A stretch of 64,000 bases of DNA from an uncultured Gemmatimonadales bacterium (GCA_963821525.1 CAWGED010000004.1:352001-416000), one strand, 5' to 3'; counted from the stretch's first letter, positions 9,928-20,309 are shown. Notes: generated by a model not told the origin, from the sequence alone. Program-made: numbers and translations.

Positions 9928-10920
9928 TCACTGGGTGGGTTCGGTTCCCCAGTCGCTCGAACCGCGATAGACCCGCCGTCGGTCCAGCTCCCAGATCCCC
10001 CGACTGCTCACACTTCCCCCCTCCGGAAAATTGGCCGGGGTATTCAACGCGTCCGCCATGGAACGGGCTTTCGCACTGGCGTTATCCGCATAGTGAATGA
10101 CTTCGGCCTCGAGTGTCATGGGATGCACCGGGGCGCCGAACTCGAGCTTGCCATGGTGAGACAGGATCAGATGGTGCAGCACCGTACGCTCTTCGGCTGA
10201 ACAGGGTGGTGAGCTCTGCTGTTCCAGCTTCCGGTCGAGCATGAGAGCGCCGAGTACGATGTGCCCCATCAGCGATCCGGCGGTGGTCATCTCGAAGCAT
10301 CCATTCCACCGGTAGCTCTCGGTCTTCCCGATGTCGTGGAGCAGGATGCCGGCGATGATCAGGTCGATGTCGCCGCCGCAAACCTCGGCGATCCGTCTCC
10401 CGATTGCGGCCACTTCGCAGGTGTGCTTGAGCAGCCCTCCCAGCTCGGCGTGATGTCCTGAGAGACTGGCGGGACACTCCTGGAAGCGGCTGCGAAAGCC
10501 GAGATCGTCATAGAAGAGGGCCAAGGTCTGTCGGAGGCGGGGACCACGGACCTGGTTCCGCCAATCATCAAGCAGAGCCCACCAGGGAGTGACCTCTCCG
10601 ATGGACGGCATGAGGTCCCTCCACTCGATTCTGTCTGGTGCGATCGGTTCGATCGATGTGACCTGGAGCTGCTTCCGGTCGCGCCAAATGCTGATCTGGC
10701 CGGCGACGGCGACCGGATCCCCTCGCTTGAGCCTCAGAATCTGGTCGCTGAGGGGAGGCCAGAATGGCGCGGTTTGGATTCTCCCCCTTCGGTTTCCCAG
10801 GGTAAGCAAGGTGTGGGGGGAGGTTCCGGCCCGGATCTCGACTTCCTGTATCAGAAAGACATCCGAGAGCTCGGTGCCTGGGGGGAGCGCGTGCAGCGGA
10901 GAGAGGGAACGGGTCAGGTC
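9928..10920 (-). CDS. HD-domain 3'-5' exoribonuclease, YhaM/Cbf1 family (start uncertain)
   Basis: OB-fold-like N-terminus; HHAELGGLLKHT, LLHDIGK, ILSHHGKLEFGAP...TLEA...YAD; frame stays open upstream of 10809. Confidence 0.85.
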   Translation of the reverse strand, partial: DLTRSLSPLHALPPGTELSDVFLIQEVEIRAGTSPHTLLTLGNRRGRIQTAPFWPPLSDQILRLKRGDPVAVAGQISIWRDRKQLQVTSIEPIAPDRIEWRDLMPSIGEVTPWWALLDDWRNQVRGPRLRQTLALFYDDLGFRSRFQECPASLSGHHAELGGLLKHTCEVAAIGRRIAEVCGGDIDLIIAGILLHDIGKTESYRWNGCFEMTTAGSLMGHIVLGALMLDRKLEQQSSPPCSAEERTVLHHLILSHHGKLEFGAPVHPMTLEAEVIHYADNASAKARSMADALNTPANFPEGGSVSSRGIWELDRRRVYRGSSDWGTEPTQ

Positions 10921-11066
10921 GAGACCTTCGGGGGCTGGGTAACGATCCGGGAGAGTGGTGTAATTTCGGTCGGGTCGGCTCGTCTCCCTTATAGCCAGGG
11001 GTTCGGTTGACCCGCTGGCGCGGGGAGACCCGCAAGATCATCGTCTCCGTAAATGGGATTCGACCG

Positions 11067-11459
11067 ATGAAGACGAGTCATGTTCTGGTGCTCGACCGGA
11101 ACCAGGCGCGTCGCGACGCTTTAGTCGGGGCGCTGAAGGTTGAGGGGCATGTGCCGGTGGTGGTGGAGAGCGGGGCGGATGCCGCCCGCGCCCTCGCGGT
11201 ACCAGGGCTAGATCTCCTGGTGATTGACTTGGCGATTCCGGACCTCGCCCTGGGGACGCTCCGGGCGGCGCTGGGACCCGAGCAATCGGCCGAGCCCGAG
11301 CCTCTGGAAGCGGTGGAACGACAGCACATCGCGCAGGCCCTCAAGTTCACTGGCGGCAACAAGAGACGTACGGCCCACCTGCTGGGTATCGCCCGCTCCA
11401 CCCTCCTCGCCAAAGTACGGAAATACCGGCTCGACGCGGGGCCCGAGACCCCGGAGTAG
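11067..11459 (+). CDS. receiver-like domain fused to Fis-type HTH
   Basis: LDLLVIDL; LEAVERQHIAQALKFTGGNKRRTAHLLGIARSTL. Confidence 0.8.
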   Translation: MKTSHVLVLDRNQARRDALVGALKVEGHVPVVVESGADAARALAVPGLDLLVIDLAIPDLALGTLRAALGPEQSAEPEPLEAVERQHIAQALKFTGGNKRRTAHLLGIARSTLLAKVRKYRLDAGPETPE

Positions 11460-11479
11460 GATTTTCCTCGAGGAAAACC

Positions 11480-12058
11480 ATGGTGCGTTTCGCCCTTATG
11501 GTCCTGGCGGGCCTTGGAGTCACTGCGCCCACGCCCGCTGCTTCGCAGCTCCAGCTCCCTCTTCGTCCCGGGACAGTGCGTGAGGGCACACTCAGCTTTG
11601 ATGGGCACGCTTCGACCGGCGATTTCATAGGGAAGACTTCGACGGTAACCGGCGAGATGAGCGGCGGAGCCACGCTGCCGGAAATCAAAGGATGGGTGGA
11701 AGCGCCGGTCAAAACCCTCGACACCGACAACGACCGGCGCGATCGTGATCTCAACAAGTCGATGGAGTCGGACAAGTATCCGACCATTCGCTTCGAGCTC
11801 ACGCAGGCGGTAGCGCAGGGGACTCTGGCCGACAGCATGGACGTCGTCCTGCGGGGCCAATTCCTGATTCACGGGGTGACCAAGGAGGTCGAACTTCCCG
11901 CCACGCTGGTATTCCTCAGCGATGGCGTGAGAGTTCGCAGCACCACCCCGCTCAATCTCAAGGACTACGAGATCGGCGGCCTCAGCAAGTTCCTCGGCGT
12001 CCTGAAGATGTCGGAGAAGATCGAGGTGCATGTGGATGTGACGTTTGGGTACCAGTAA
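11480..12058 (+). CDS. YceI-family lipid/polyisoprenoid-binding protein
   Basis: Signal peptide; LDTDNDRRDRDL, KYPTIRF, GQFLIHGVTKEV. Confidence 0.9.
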   Translation: MVRFALMVLAGLGVTAPTPAASQLQLPLRPGTVREGTLSFDGHASTGDFIGKTSTVTGEMSGGATLPEIKGWVEAPVKTLDTDNDRRDRDLNKSMESDKYPTIRFELTQAVAQGTLADSMDVVLRGQFLIHGVTKEVELPATLVFLSDGVRVRSTTPLNLKDYEIGGLSKFLGVLKMSEKIEVHVDVTFGYQ

Positions 12059-12151
12059 GGAGTAAGGAGTAAGGAGTAAGGGGTAAGGAGTGAAAAGGCT
12101 GATTACTCCTCACTCCTTACTCCTGACTCCTCACTCCTTACTTCTCACTCA
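12055..12151. repeat. inverted tandem 7-mer array (GTAAGGA x~5 ... TCCTTAC/TCCTCAC)
   Basis: Read directly; lies between convergent genes. Confidence 0.9.
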
Positions 12152-12577
12152 CTGCACCCTCACCCTCCCATATCTCGACACCACTACCTGTTTCGACCGA
12201 CTCCCTCGGCTGAGGCTGTACGTGGCGTTGGCCAATCCGAAGGCGACGCCGATGGGAGCGAAGGGGATGGTCCGAGTGCCGCCGCCGAGTGTAACGCCAG
12301 CGTTAGCCGGCCCGGCGGCGGACCAGCGGAACAGGGTGTCTACTCCATCAATCACGTCGAGCCGGAGGCTGTCGCTGCGAATGGTGAGCAGGGCTACTCG
12401 CCCTTCCACCACCGCTGTGAGCCGCGCCCTGCTGTGGGCGGCAGTGATCTCGTAGGCCGCCTGATCGACGAGAAAGCGGTTTCGCAGATCTCCCGCTGAA
12501 GGCAGGGCGATCAGGCAAACCAGGCCCGCGATGACGAGCGCGAGCAGCATTTCAACCAGGGTGAGTCCGCGAGGCAT
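12149..12577 (-). CDS. prepilin-type N-methylation protein (FimT/GspH-like)
   Basis: RG-LTLVEMLLALVI class III signal; C-terminal VVVSRYGRVR. Confidence 0.85.
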   Translation of the reverse strand: MPRGLTLVEMLLALVIAGLVCLIALPSAGDLRNRFLVDQAAYEITAAHSRARLTAVVEGRVALLTIRSDSLRLDVIDGVDTLFRWSAAGPANAGVTLGGGTRTIPFAPIGVAFGLANATYSLSRGSRSKQVVVSRYGRVRVQ

Positions 12578-12715
12578 GCCACACGGTGGCACGAAGCCGC
12601 GGTCCTTCCATCATCATTGTGACGCGGCATCGCATCCGATCGACGCGGCCTTGCATGGGCTCGAACTCGCGCTCATACTAGCGCAGGGATTCCTCTCCTT
12701 CTCACCCGACTTCCC

Positions 12716-13347
12716 GTGTCCGCGCCCAGCTCACACGCCACCGATCCACTCGGCACTCTGCGACAATACGCGGCGCTCGCGCCGTGGAGCCTGCGCGACC
12801 TTTCCAGCATGGCTGGAGCGATCCTCGAAGCCTCGGCGACCTTTCCGGTGAACGCGACGGCGCGGCAGCTGCCGACCGAGCGCACCATCCGGTTCTACGT
12901 CACCCGCAAGCTGGTGAGCCCGCCCGAGGGGCGAGGCACCGCCGCGACCTACGGTTATCGGCACCTGTTACAGGTGCTGGCCATCAAGCTGCAGCAGATG
13001 GAAGGCGCTACGCTGGAGACTCTGGGGCGGGAGTTTGCCGCGACCCCCGGCGATGTGCTGGAACGGCGGGTCGCCGCGGCGCTCGGACCGCGACTCCTGT
13101 CTCCCGCGCAACTCCCGCTCGCTGCCGTGACCACGGCACCCCGGGGGAAGGTCGGCCGGGCAGTTCACACCTGGACCTCCCTCACTCCCCCTCGGGAACC
13201 GGCCACCAACCGGCCGCGGACCTGGCGCCGCATCCTGCTCGGGCGGGGAGCCGAACTTCTGGTGGACGACGAGCATCCCCTCTTTGCCGGAGGCGACGAA
13301 GCGAGACTGCAGGCGCTGTTTCAGCGAATCTCTCTCCGATGCGGTAG
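12716..13347 (+). CDS. MerR-like HTH transcriptional regulator (3' end uncertain)
   Basis: PTERTIRFYVTRKLVSPPEGRGTAATYGYRHLLQVLAIKLQQ. Confidence 0.8.
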
Positions 13348-13416
13348 ACGGCCGTCCCTCGCCGTCCTCCCGCTGATCCCCTACTTTTCGGTCATTCCTT
13401 CCACGCGAGAAGTCCG

Positions 13417-13986
13417 ATGGGCCTCATACTGCTGGTCATCGTTGTCGCCATCGTCCTGTGGATTATCGGCGCTTACAACAAGCTGATCTCCCTGAAGAAC
13501 CAGGTGGTGAACGCCTGGAAGCAGATCGACGTGCAGCTCAAGCGGCGCCACGATCTGATTCCCAACCTGGTCAACACCGTGAAAGGGGCGATGGATTTCG
13601 AGCGCGGCACCCTCGAGGCAGTGATCGCAGCTCGTAACAAGGCCGTCAGCGCGACCGGCGTCGCCCAGGTAGCGAAGGCCGAAGGAGAGCTGAGCCAGGC
13701 GTTGGGGAGGTTCTTCGCGCTGAGCGAGAACTATCCCCAGCTCAAGGCGACGGAGAACGTGAAGCAGCTGCAGGAAGAGCTCACCAGCACGGAGAACAAG
13801 ATCGGCTTCGCGCGGCAGCTGTACAACGACGTCGCCACCGAATTCAATACCAAGCAGATGCAGTTCCCGACCAACCTCGTGGCCGGACTGGCCAAGGCGG
13901 AACCCGCCGAATTGTGGGAGATCGAGGACGCGGGTGAGCGGGCGGTGCCGCAGGTGGATCTCTCGATGCAGAGGCCCGCACAATGA
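13417..13986 (+). CDS. lemA: LemA family protein
   Basis: AWKQIDVQLKRRHDLIPNLV, ENYPQLKA, ENKIGFARQLYN. Confidence 0.95.
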   Translation: MGLILLVIVVAIVLWIIGAYNKLISLKNQVVNAWKQIDVQLKRRHDLIPNLVNTVKGAMDFERGTLEAVIAARNKAVSATGVAQVAKAEGELSQALGRFFALSENYPQLKATENVKQLQEELTSTENKIGFARQLYNDVATEFNTKQMQFPTNLVAGLAKAEPAELWEIEDAGERAVPQVDLSMQRPAQ

Positions 13987-14091
13987 GTCAATGATAGAAA
14001 TGGCGGAATGGCGGAATGGGAGAATGAAAGAATGACACAGTTGCCCAGCCTCTCTCATTCCTCCATTCCGCCATTCATCATTCCGCCATTG
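13982..14091. repeat. inverted tandem 8-mer array (AATGGCGG-type ... CCGCCATT)
   Basis: Read directly; lies between lemA and htpX. Confidence 0.85.
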
Positions 14092-14093
14092 CA

Positions 14094-15137
14094 ATGACCG
14101 CCCCCAATCTCTTCGAACAACAGGCCAGCAATCGCCGGCGATCCTTCTGGCTGGTCGCCGGTTTCATCATCTTCTTCGCCTGGGTGGGCTTCGGAGGAGA
14201 CGCGGGACTCTATCTCGAAACCCGCGACGCGCCCGCCGGCTCCTATCATCACTTCATTCCCTTCATCGGCATCGTCGTCACGCTGATCGCGGGCGGCGTG
14301 TGCTGGTATTCCTGGAAGAACGGCGCAAATCGCGTGCTCTGGGCAACCGGCGCCTGGGAGGTGATCGAACCGGCGGATGACGATCAGCGCCGGCTGGTGA
14401 ACGTGGTCGAGGAAATGGCCATTGCGGCAGGCTTGCCGAAGCCGCGGGTCTGGGTGGTTCCCGATTCCGATCCCAACGCGTTCGCGACGGGCATCGATCC
14501 GCGGAGCGCCAGCATCGCGGTGACCGAGGGCCTGCTGCGCACGCTCAACCGCGAGGAGCTGCAGGGTGTCGTGGCGCACGAGATGTCACACGTGCGGAAC
14601 TTCGACACCAGGCTCATGACGCTGCTGGCCGGAATGGTCGGTGCGATCGCCCTCATGTCAGACGGGCTGGGACGCATGCTGCGAGGCGGTGTCAGGATCG
14701 GAGCGGGTCGCGGCGGCGGTGGTGGCGGAGGCAAGAGCGGCAAGGATTCGAGTCCAGTCGGACTCATCATCCTGGTAATCTGGGTCCTCACCCTGATCAT
14801 CGCACCGGTGATCTCCCGACTGCTTCAGGTGGCGGTGAGCCGCAAGCGCGAGTACCTGGCTGACGCGACGGCGGCCCAGCTCACCCGGAACCCCGGGGCT
14901 CTCGCTGCCGCACTGGAGAAACTCGCCGCCGCGAGTGAGCCGACCCGGTCCATCACCAACGGGGCGGCTCACCTCTGTATCGTGGATCCCACCTCCAACA
15001 AGTTCAGCGAGCGTGAAGGTGTGCTGGGCGACATCCTCGCCTCGCATCCTCCCATTGCTCAGCGGGTGATCCGGCTCAAGGGAATGGCCTACCAGCAGGC
15101 CAAGCGCGAGTCGCCCCCGGCCGCCGCGGCGAGCTGA
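14094..15137 (+). CDS. htpX: M48 zinc metalloprotease, HtpX-like
   Basis: PNAFATG, GVVAHEMSH, SRKREYLADA, SHPP...R. Confidence 0.92.
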   Translation: MTAPNLFEQQASNRRRSFWLVAGFIIFFAWVGFGGDAGLYLETRDAPAGSYHHFIPFIGIVVTLIAGGVCWYSWKNGANRVLWATGAWEVIEPADDDQRRLVNVVEEMAIAAGLPKPRVWVVPDSDPNAFATGIDPRSASIAVTEGLLRTLNREELQGVVAHEMSHVRNFDTRLMTLLAGMVGAIALMSDGLGRMLRGGVRIGAGRGGGGGGGKSGKDSSPVGLIILVIWVLTLIIAPVISRLLQVAVSRKREYLADATAAQLTRNPGALAAALEKLAAASEPTRSITNGAAHLCIVDPTSNKFSEREGVLGDILASHPPIAQRVIRLKGMAYQQAKRESPPAAAAS

Positions 15138-16651
15138 TGCGACTGCTGGCTGGCGTCGGCATCGCCCTGCTGGCGCTGGCCGGCGTCATCTGGCTGACCC
15201 GCCGTACCCATGCGGCGGTGCTGGGGCGGATGCGCCGCTCCGGGCGACGCGCCGTCCATCAGTTTCGAGCCCGGCTGGATCGGTACAAGCTGGTCGAGCG
15301 CGACATCATCCGCGAACAGCTGTTGCACGACCCCGAGATCCTCGCCGCGATCCAGCGCCACGCCGAGGAGTACGAGGAAGCGGAGTCCCAAGTCCGGGTC
15401 AGGGTCAACCAGTACATCGACGAGATCGTCCCCTTCTTCAATGTCCTCTCGTACTACCGGATCGGGTACAACACCGCCCGCCTGCTGATCAACCTGCTTT
15501 ACAAATCGAACATCGAGTACCGGGATCACCAGGCGCTGGACCAGATCCCCAAGCGGGACGTGGTGCTCTACCTGATGAATCACCGGAGCAACGCCGATTA
15601 TGTCGTCGTGGCCTATGTGCTCGCCCGGGTCGTGAGCATCAGCTATGCAGTCGGCGAGTGGGCCCGGACCTGGCCGCTCGAATACGTCTTCAAGAGCTTC
15701 GGCAGCTATTTCATCAGACGGCAGTTCCGGGAGCCGCTGTACCACACGGTGCTCGAGCACTACGTCCAGCTCATCACCCGGAACGGTGTCACTCAGGGGC
15801 TCTTTCTCGAAGGCGGGCTGACTCGTGATGGCGCCTTGAGGCCGGCCAAGATCGGGCTCCTCGATTACGTCGTGCGCACGATGCGGGACCCGGGCTTCGA
15901 TCGCGACATCTGGCTGGTGCCGGTCGGGATCAACTACGACCGGGTGCTGGAAGACCGTTCGCTGATCCGGGAGCGGATCGTAGGCGGGCGGCGGCTTTCG
16001 CGCTGGAGCCAGTTGACCGGCGTCGTGAGCTACCTGGGGAGCAACCTGCTCCGGCTGATCACCGGTCGCCTGCAGCGCTATGGCAAAGTGGCGGTGAGCT
16101 TCGGAACTCCAGTCTCGGTTCGAGCGTGGTTGGCGAACCAACCGTCCGGGCTCCTGGAGCTGCCGAAGGAAGTGCGCCTGCCCCACATGCAGCGTCTGGC
16201 GGACCACGCCATGGAGCGCGTCGGGCAGGTGGTACCGATCACGCCGGTGCCGCTTGCCGCTGCGACGCTGCTGTCGTTCGGCAGCGCCAGTCTGATCAGA
16301 CGCAACGAACTCCTCGAGCGGATGGATGAGATCAGGGACCGGCTCGCGGAGTTCAATGCCAAGATCGTGCGCCGGGAGCTTCCGGTTGAGGAGGTGTGGA
16401 ACCGGGCCTGGCTGATGTTCCAGATGCGGCGCCTGGTAATCTCCCAGGGCGACGAGTTCGTCATCCTTCCCAATCAGCGCCCTCTCCTCGAGTACTACGC
16501 CAACTCGATCCGTCACCTCCTCCCGCAGGAGGTGGTCGTGTGCCTCTCGCCGGTCGACGAGGCGGATCCAACGCTGCCGCGGCTGGCGTCGCGCGAGGAA
16601 TTGGACATCGTGACCCGGGAAATGCCCACGGGGAAAAGCCCGAGGCGCTAG
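15137..16651 (+). CDS. glycerol-3-phosphate acyltransferase-like (PlsB/PlsC superfamily)
   Basis: NHRSNAD (HX4D), FIRR, FLEGGLTRDG. Confidence 0.85.
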   Translation: MRLLAGVGIALLALAGVIWLTRRTHAAVLGRMRRSGRRAVHQFRARLDRYKLVERDIIREQLLHDPEILAAIQRHAEEYEEAESQVRVRVNQYIDEIVPFFNVLSYYRIGYNTARLLINLLYKSNIEYRDHQALDQIPKRDVVLYLMNHRSNADYVVVAYVLARVVSISYAVGEWARTWPLEYVFKSFGSYFIRRQFREPLYHTVLEHYVQLITRNGVTQGLFLEGGLTRDGALRPAKIGLLDYVVRTMRDPGFDRDIWLVPVGINYDRVLEDRSLIRERIVGGRRLSRWSQLTGVVSYLGSNLLRLITGRLQRYGKVAVSFGTPVSVRAWLANQPSGLLELPKEVRLPHMQRLADHAMERVGQVVPITPVPLAAATLLSFGSASLIRRNELLERMDEIRDRLAEFNAKIVRRELPVEEVWNRAWLMFQMRRLVISQGDEFVILPNQRPLLEYYANSIRHLLPQEVVVCLSPVDEADPTLPRLASREELDIVTREMPTGKSPRR

Positions 16652-16653
16652 TC

Positions 16654-17020
16654 GTGCAGGAGGACCTTCTGCTCGTGGCGGAGGACTGGCAGAGCCGCGC
16701 GCTGGTGCTGGCGGAGCTGCAGGAGGCGGGCTACGAAGTGAACGCACAGGCAGGGCTGCGGCGCGCGTTGAACCACCTCGCGCGAGATCCGGAACACCCT
16801 CCCCTCGTGGTGCTGGACCTCCACGGCGACGAATTCGCCACTCCCGAAACAGTGGATGCGCTACTGCCGCCTGGTGCCCAAGGCGAAGCTGATCCTCATT
16901 GTCGGGGTCTATGCGGAGCCGGTCTGGGATCGATTTGCTGCGGAAGGGAATATCGTGCTGCGGCGACCGGTCTCGGTCGGGGGAATTGTCGAGCAGGTGA
17001 AGCGGCTCTTGCCTCGTTAG
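16654..17020 (+). CDS. single-domain receiver-like protein; frameshift near 16865
   Basis: LLLVAED...PPLVVLDL; second frame gives ...LRRPVSVGGIVEQVKRLL. Confidence 0.6.
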
Positions 17021-18069
17021 ACCTTCATCCTGGCCAGCAGTTCACTCACGAAGGTACCCGGATCGAAGGGAAGACTGACCACGAGGTCGGCCCCTCCCTC
17101 CCGTGCGGCACTCCCATCTCCCGCCACCAGCGCCACCAGGGTGTAGCCTCGATCCGCCGCTGGCCGGAAACCTCCAAACGCGTCTGCCCCATCGCCCGCA
17201 GTGCCCATCAACACGACGAGGTTGATCCCCAGGCGCGAAGCGGACGCCTTCAGGCTCTCCAGTCGTTCCACCCGCTCCACCGAGAAGCCGGCGTGTTTGA
17301 GCAGCAGGCTCACGACCCGGGCGAGGTCTTCGTCGGGAAGAAACACCACCGCTTCGCCCAAGGCGAGCTGGGCAGTCTGGGTGCGGCGGGAGAGGTCAAT
17401 CATCGACACGCCTTCCACGTACTCCGCGGTCTTGTCATGTCTCAGGGTACTGACGCGCTGGAGTGTCTCCTGAATAGTCTTGAGCGCAGAGCGGATCGTC
17501 TCCAGCGACTCCCGCTGTTCCGGCGTGAAGGTGGCAGCGTCACTCAACAGCAGCTCGGCCTCGGCGGAGGCGGCCATCAGCGGGTTGTTGATCGTGTGAT
17601 GGAGGGTGACGTTCAGCTGTCCAATAGCGGCCAACCGCTCCGCATGCACCAGATCCCGCTCCGCCGCCGCGAGCGCTTCGCGAACGGCGCGGATCCGGCG
17701 CACCCGCTCCAGGACCTGGGGCAGCAGCTGGGCGAGCGAAGCGTCCTTCACGAGGTAGTCTTCCGCGCCGAGCCGGAGGGCCGCCGCGGCGATCGACTCG
17801 TTGCCATGCGCCGTGATCATGATGACGGACGGCTGGCCCGGAATCGTCCGGAGACTGGGGAGAAGCTCGATCCCGTTTCCGTCGGGGAGGTTGTAATCGA
17901 GGAGTACCACGTCGGCATCGGCGGCCCGCTCCACCGCCTCCTTGGCCGTGCGAGCGGTGCGGGTGGCGTCGAAACCTGCCGCGATTAGAACCATTTCGAT
18001 CAGGCGAAGAACGGCATCATCATCATCCACCGCGAGGACCCGCAACCCCGTGGTCTCAGGCACGCGCAC
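17017..18069 (-). CDS. receiver-HisKA-(degenerate receiver) protein
   Basis: VLAVDDD, LLDYNLPDGNG, TAHG; H-box LHHTINNPL; no ATPase boxes. Confidence 0.8.
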   Translation of the reverse strand: MRVPETTGLRVLAVDDDDAVLRLIEMVLIAAGFDATRTARTAKEAVERAADADVVLLDYNLPDGNGIELLPSLRTIPGQPSVIMITAHGNESIAAAALRLGAEDYLVKDASLAQLLPQVLERVRRIRAVREALAAAERDLVHAERLAAIGQLNVTLHHTINNPLMAASAEAELLLSDAATFTPEQRESLETIRSALKTIQETLQRVSTLRHDKTAEYVEGVSMIDLSRRTQTAQLALGEAVVFLPDEDLARVVSLLLKHAGFSVERVERLESLKASASRLGINLVVLMGTAGDGADAFGGFRPAADRGYTLVALVAGDGSAAREGGADLVVSLPFDPGTFVSELLARMKV

Positions 18070-18260
18070 CCTCCGGATGTTTCTGGAAGCCTACCCGCGC
18101 GAACTTCTCCCAGCTGCTCTTTCCCCGCCAGGCATCTACCAGACCACGAAGCCGCCAATAGAGCGTCAGGAACCGCCAGAAGACAGAACCAGCTTACTCA
18201 TCAGGCAGGCTGACGCGAAACGGTGCAACGGGACCGGTCTCCCGGAAGCCGGACCGTATC

Positions 18261-18289
18261 AAAAGGCAAAGGCCGCCATCCGGGCGGCC
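18261..18289 (-). terminator. intrinsic terminator after HD-GYP gene
   Basis: Minus strand GGCCGCC-CGGAT-GGCGGCC then TTTGCCTTTT. Confidence 0.7.
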
Positions 18290-18322
18290 CCCGACCTCGT
18301 GAGGGGTATACCCCGGAGCGGA

Positions 18323-19387
18323 TCACGCCCTTGCGTCGTCCAGGAAAACCAGCGCCTGTCTGCGCTTCACCGCGGACTCGAGCGCCTTGTACACGTCCGG
18401 GTCGATCACAGTCCCCGCCAGGTCCCGCATCCTCTCGACGGCAACGTCGGGCGGCATCTTCTCCTGATAGGGGCGCGATGTCGTGAGGGCGTCGTAGATC
18501 TCGGCCGTCGCCAGAATCCGGGCCCCCATGGGAATCGCGTCACCCCGGATCTTGTCGGGATACCCCTGCCCGTCCCAGCGCTCGTGATGGCTTCGCACGA
18601 AGGAGATGATTTCTCCCAGATGAGACAGCGGGGCGAGAATCTGTGACCCGACCACCACATGCTGCTTCACCGACTCGTACTCTTCGCTGGTGAGCGGGCC
18701 CTCCTTGTTCAGGACCTCTTCCCGAACACCGATCTTGCCGATGTCGTGCAGCCGGCCGGCCATCCGGACCCGTTCGACATCCTCGTCGTTCATGCCAAGC
18801 TCGGAGGCGATCATGGCGCCCATGTCCGCGACCCGGGCCGAATGCCCCCGCTGATAGGCGTCCTTTGCCTCGAGCGCATTGACCAGGGCCTCCAGCGTCG
18901 CGACCGAGATCCGCTCCAGTTTGCCCCGCTCCCGCCGCAGTTCGGCGGTACGAACGGCGACCTCTTCCTTGAGCCACTGGTTGAGGTTCTGCTGCTCGAT
19001 CATACTGTCGCGACGCCGGATGGCCCGGAGGATGGCGCGGGCCAGGTCGCTCAGGTCGATCGGTTTGGCGAGGTAATCCATGGCGCCACGCTGCATGCAC
19101 AGTGCGGCAGTCGTGGCATCGTTGACCGCGGTGAGCATGAGGATGGCGATCGCAGGCTCGATCTCGATGACCTGGGGCACCAGGTCGATCCCGCTCCGGC
19201 CCGGCATCCGTACGTCCAGCAGCACGCAGGCAATCTTCTGCCGTTGTAAGGCCTTCAGTGCCTCGTCTCCGGAGGCTGCGGTGCTGACGTCGTACCCTTG
19301 TTGTGTGAGGAATTTCTTCAGTGCGTTACGGATCGGCTCCTCGTCATCCACCACGAGTATGCTGATTGGCGCGTCGGACAAGGGCAC
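18323..19387 (-). CDS. response regulator with HD-GYP c-di-GMP phosphodiesterase domain
   Basis: Receiver plus GHSARV, LHDIGKIG, HHERWDGQGYP. Confidence 0.93.
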   Translation of the reverse strand: MPLSDAPISILVVDDEEPIRNALKKFLTQQGYDVSTAASGDEALKALQRQKIACVLLDVRMPGRSGIDLVPQVIEIEPAIAILMLTAVNDATTAALCMQRGAMDYLAKPIDLSDLARAILRAIRRRDSMIEQQNLNQWLKEEVAVRTAELRRERGKLERISVATLEALVNALEAKDAYQRGHSARVADMGAMIASELGMNDEDVERVRMAGRLHDIGKIGVREEVLNKEGPLTSEEYESVKQHVVVGSQILAPLSHLGEIISFVRSHHERWDGQGYPDKIRGDAIPMGARILATAEIYDALTTSRPYQEKMPPDVAVERMRDLAGTVIDPDVYKALESAVKRRQALVFLDDARA

Positions 19388-19468
19388 CGTGCCTCCGTCG
19401 GTCAGGACCCGCTGGTCCGCTAAACCTCAGTCCTCTAAGAATATATCCCGTGTCATCAAGCTGAAAGG

Positions 19469-20309
19469 CTACACAAACTCCACAGCGACTTTTTCCGGGA
19501 CGAGTCCGGCAGACCAGGCCCGGTCGAGCAGGGCACGCACCGCCTCCCGCCCCTTGTCCCCGTAGTCCACGGTCCAATGGTTCACGTACATCCCGACGAA
19601 CCGGTCGGTTCGCTCTTCGCCGATTCCGCGGTTGAACCGGCTGGCGTGCACCAAGGCCGGGGCGCGGTGTTCGAGAGCATAGACGATGCTCGCCTTGAGA
19701 TCCCGGGCCACCTGCTGAATGACTGCTGGGCCGAGATCGCGCCGCACGACATTGCCGCCAAGGGGGAGGGGGGAGCCCGGTGTCCTCGTACCACCATTCT
19801 CCCAAGTCAGTCCAAAGGTGGAGACCCCGGTCGGCGAAGGTCAACTGACCCTCATGGATCAGCAAGCCCACATCCACCTCTCCCCGCAGAACCGCGTCCT
19901 CGATCGTGTCGAAAGGCAGCACAACCTCGACGAATTCGGGCTGGTAGAGCTTCAGGGTGAGATACGCCGTGGTGAGCTTGCCTGGAACCCCTATCCGAAG
20001 CCCACGGAGGGCCGATCTGGGATCCGTCGGTCGCGCCGTCTTCGAAACGAGCCGCGGCCCGTAGCGATCTCCCATCGAGGAGCCGCTGTTCAGCAGGGCG
20101 TAGGTTCGATGGAGATAGGCATAGGCGTGGATCGAGACTGCGGTCACCTCCAGGTCGCCAGTGAGGGCGCGGCGATTCAGCGACTCGATGTCCGACAGCT
20201 CGTGCACGTAACGCAGGTCGCCAGTGTCGATCTTACCCTCGGCAAGGGCGTAAAACATGAACGCGTCGTCGGAGTCAGGACTGTGGGCGACGTGGATCGT
20301 AGTGGTCAT
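19469..20309 (-). CDS. mqnD: 1,4-dihydroxy-6-naphthoate synthase (futalosine menaquinone pathway); frameshift near 19765
   Basis: AHSPDSDDAFMFYAL, DIESLN, PGKLTTA, LIHEGQL, FVGMYVN. Confidence 0.85.
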
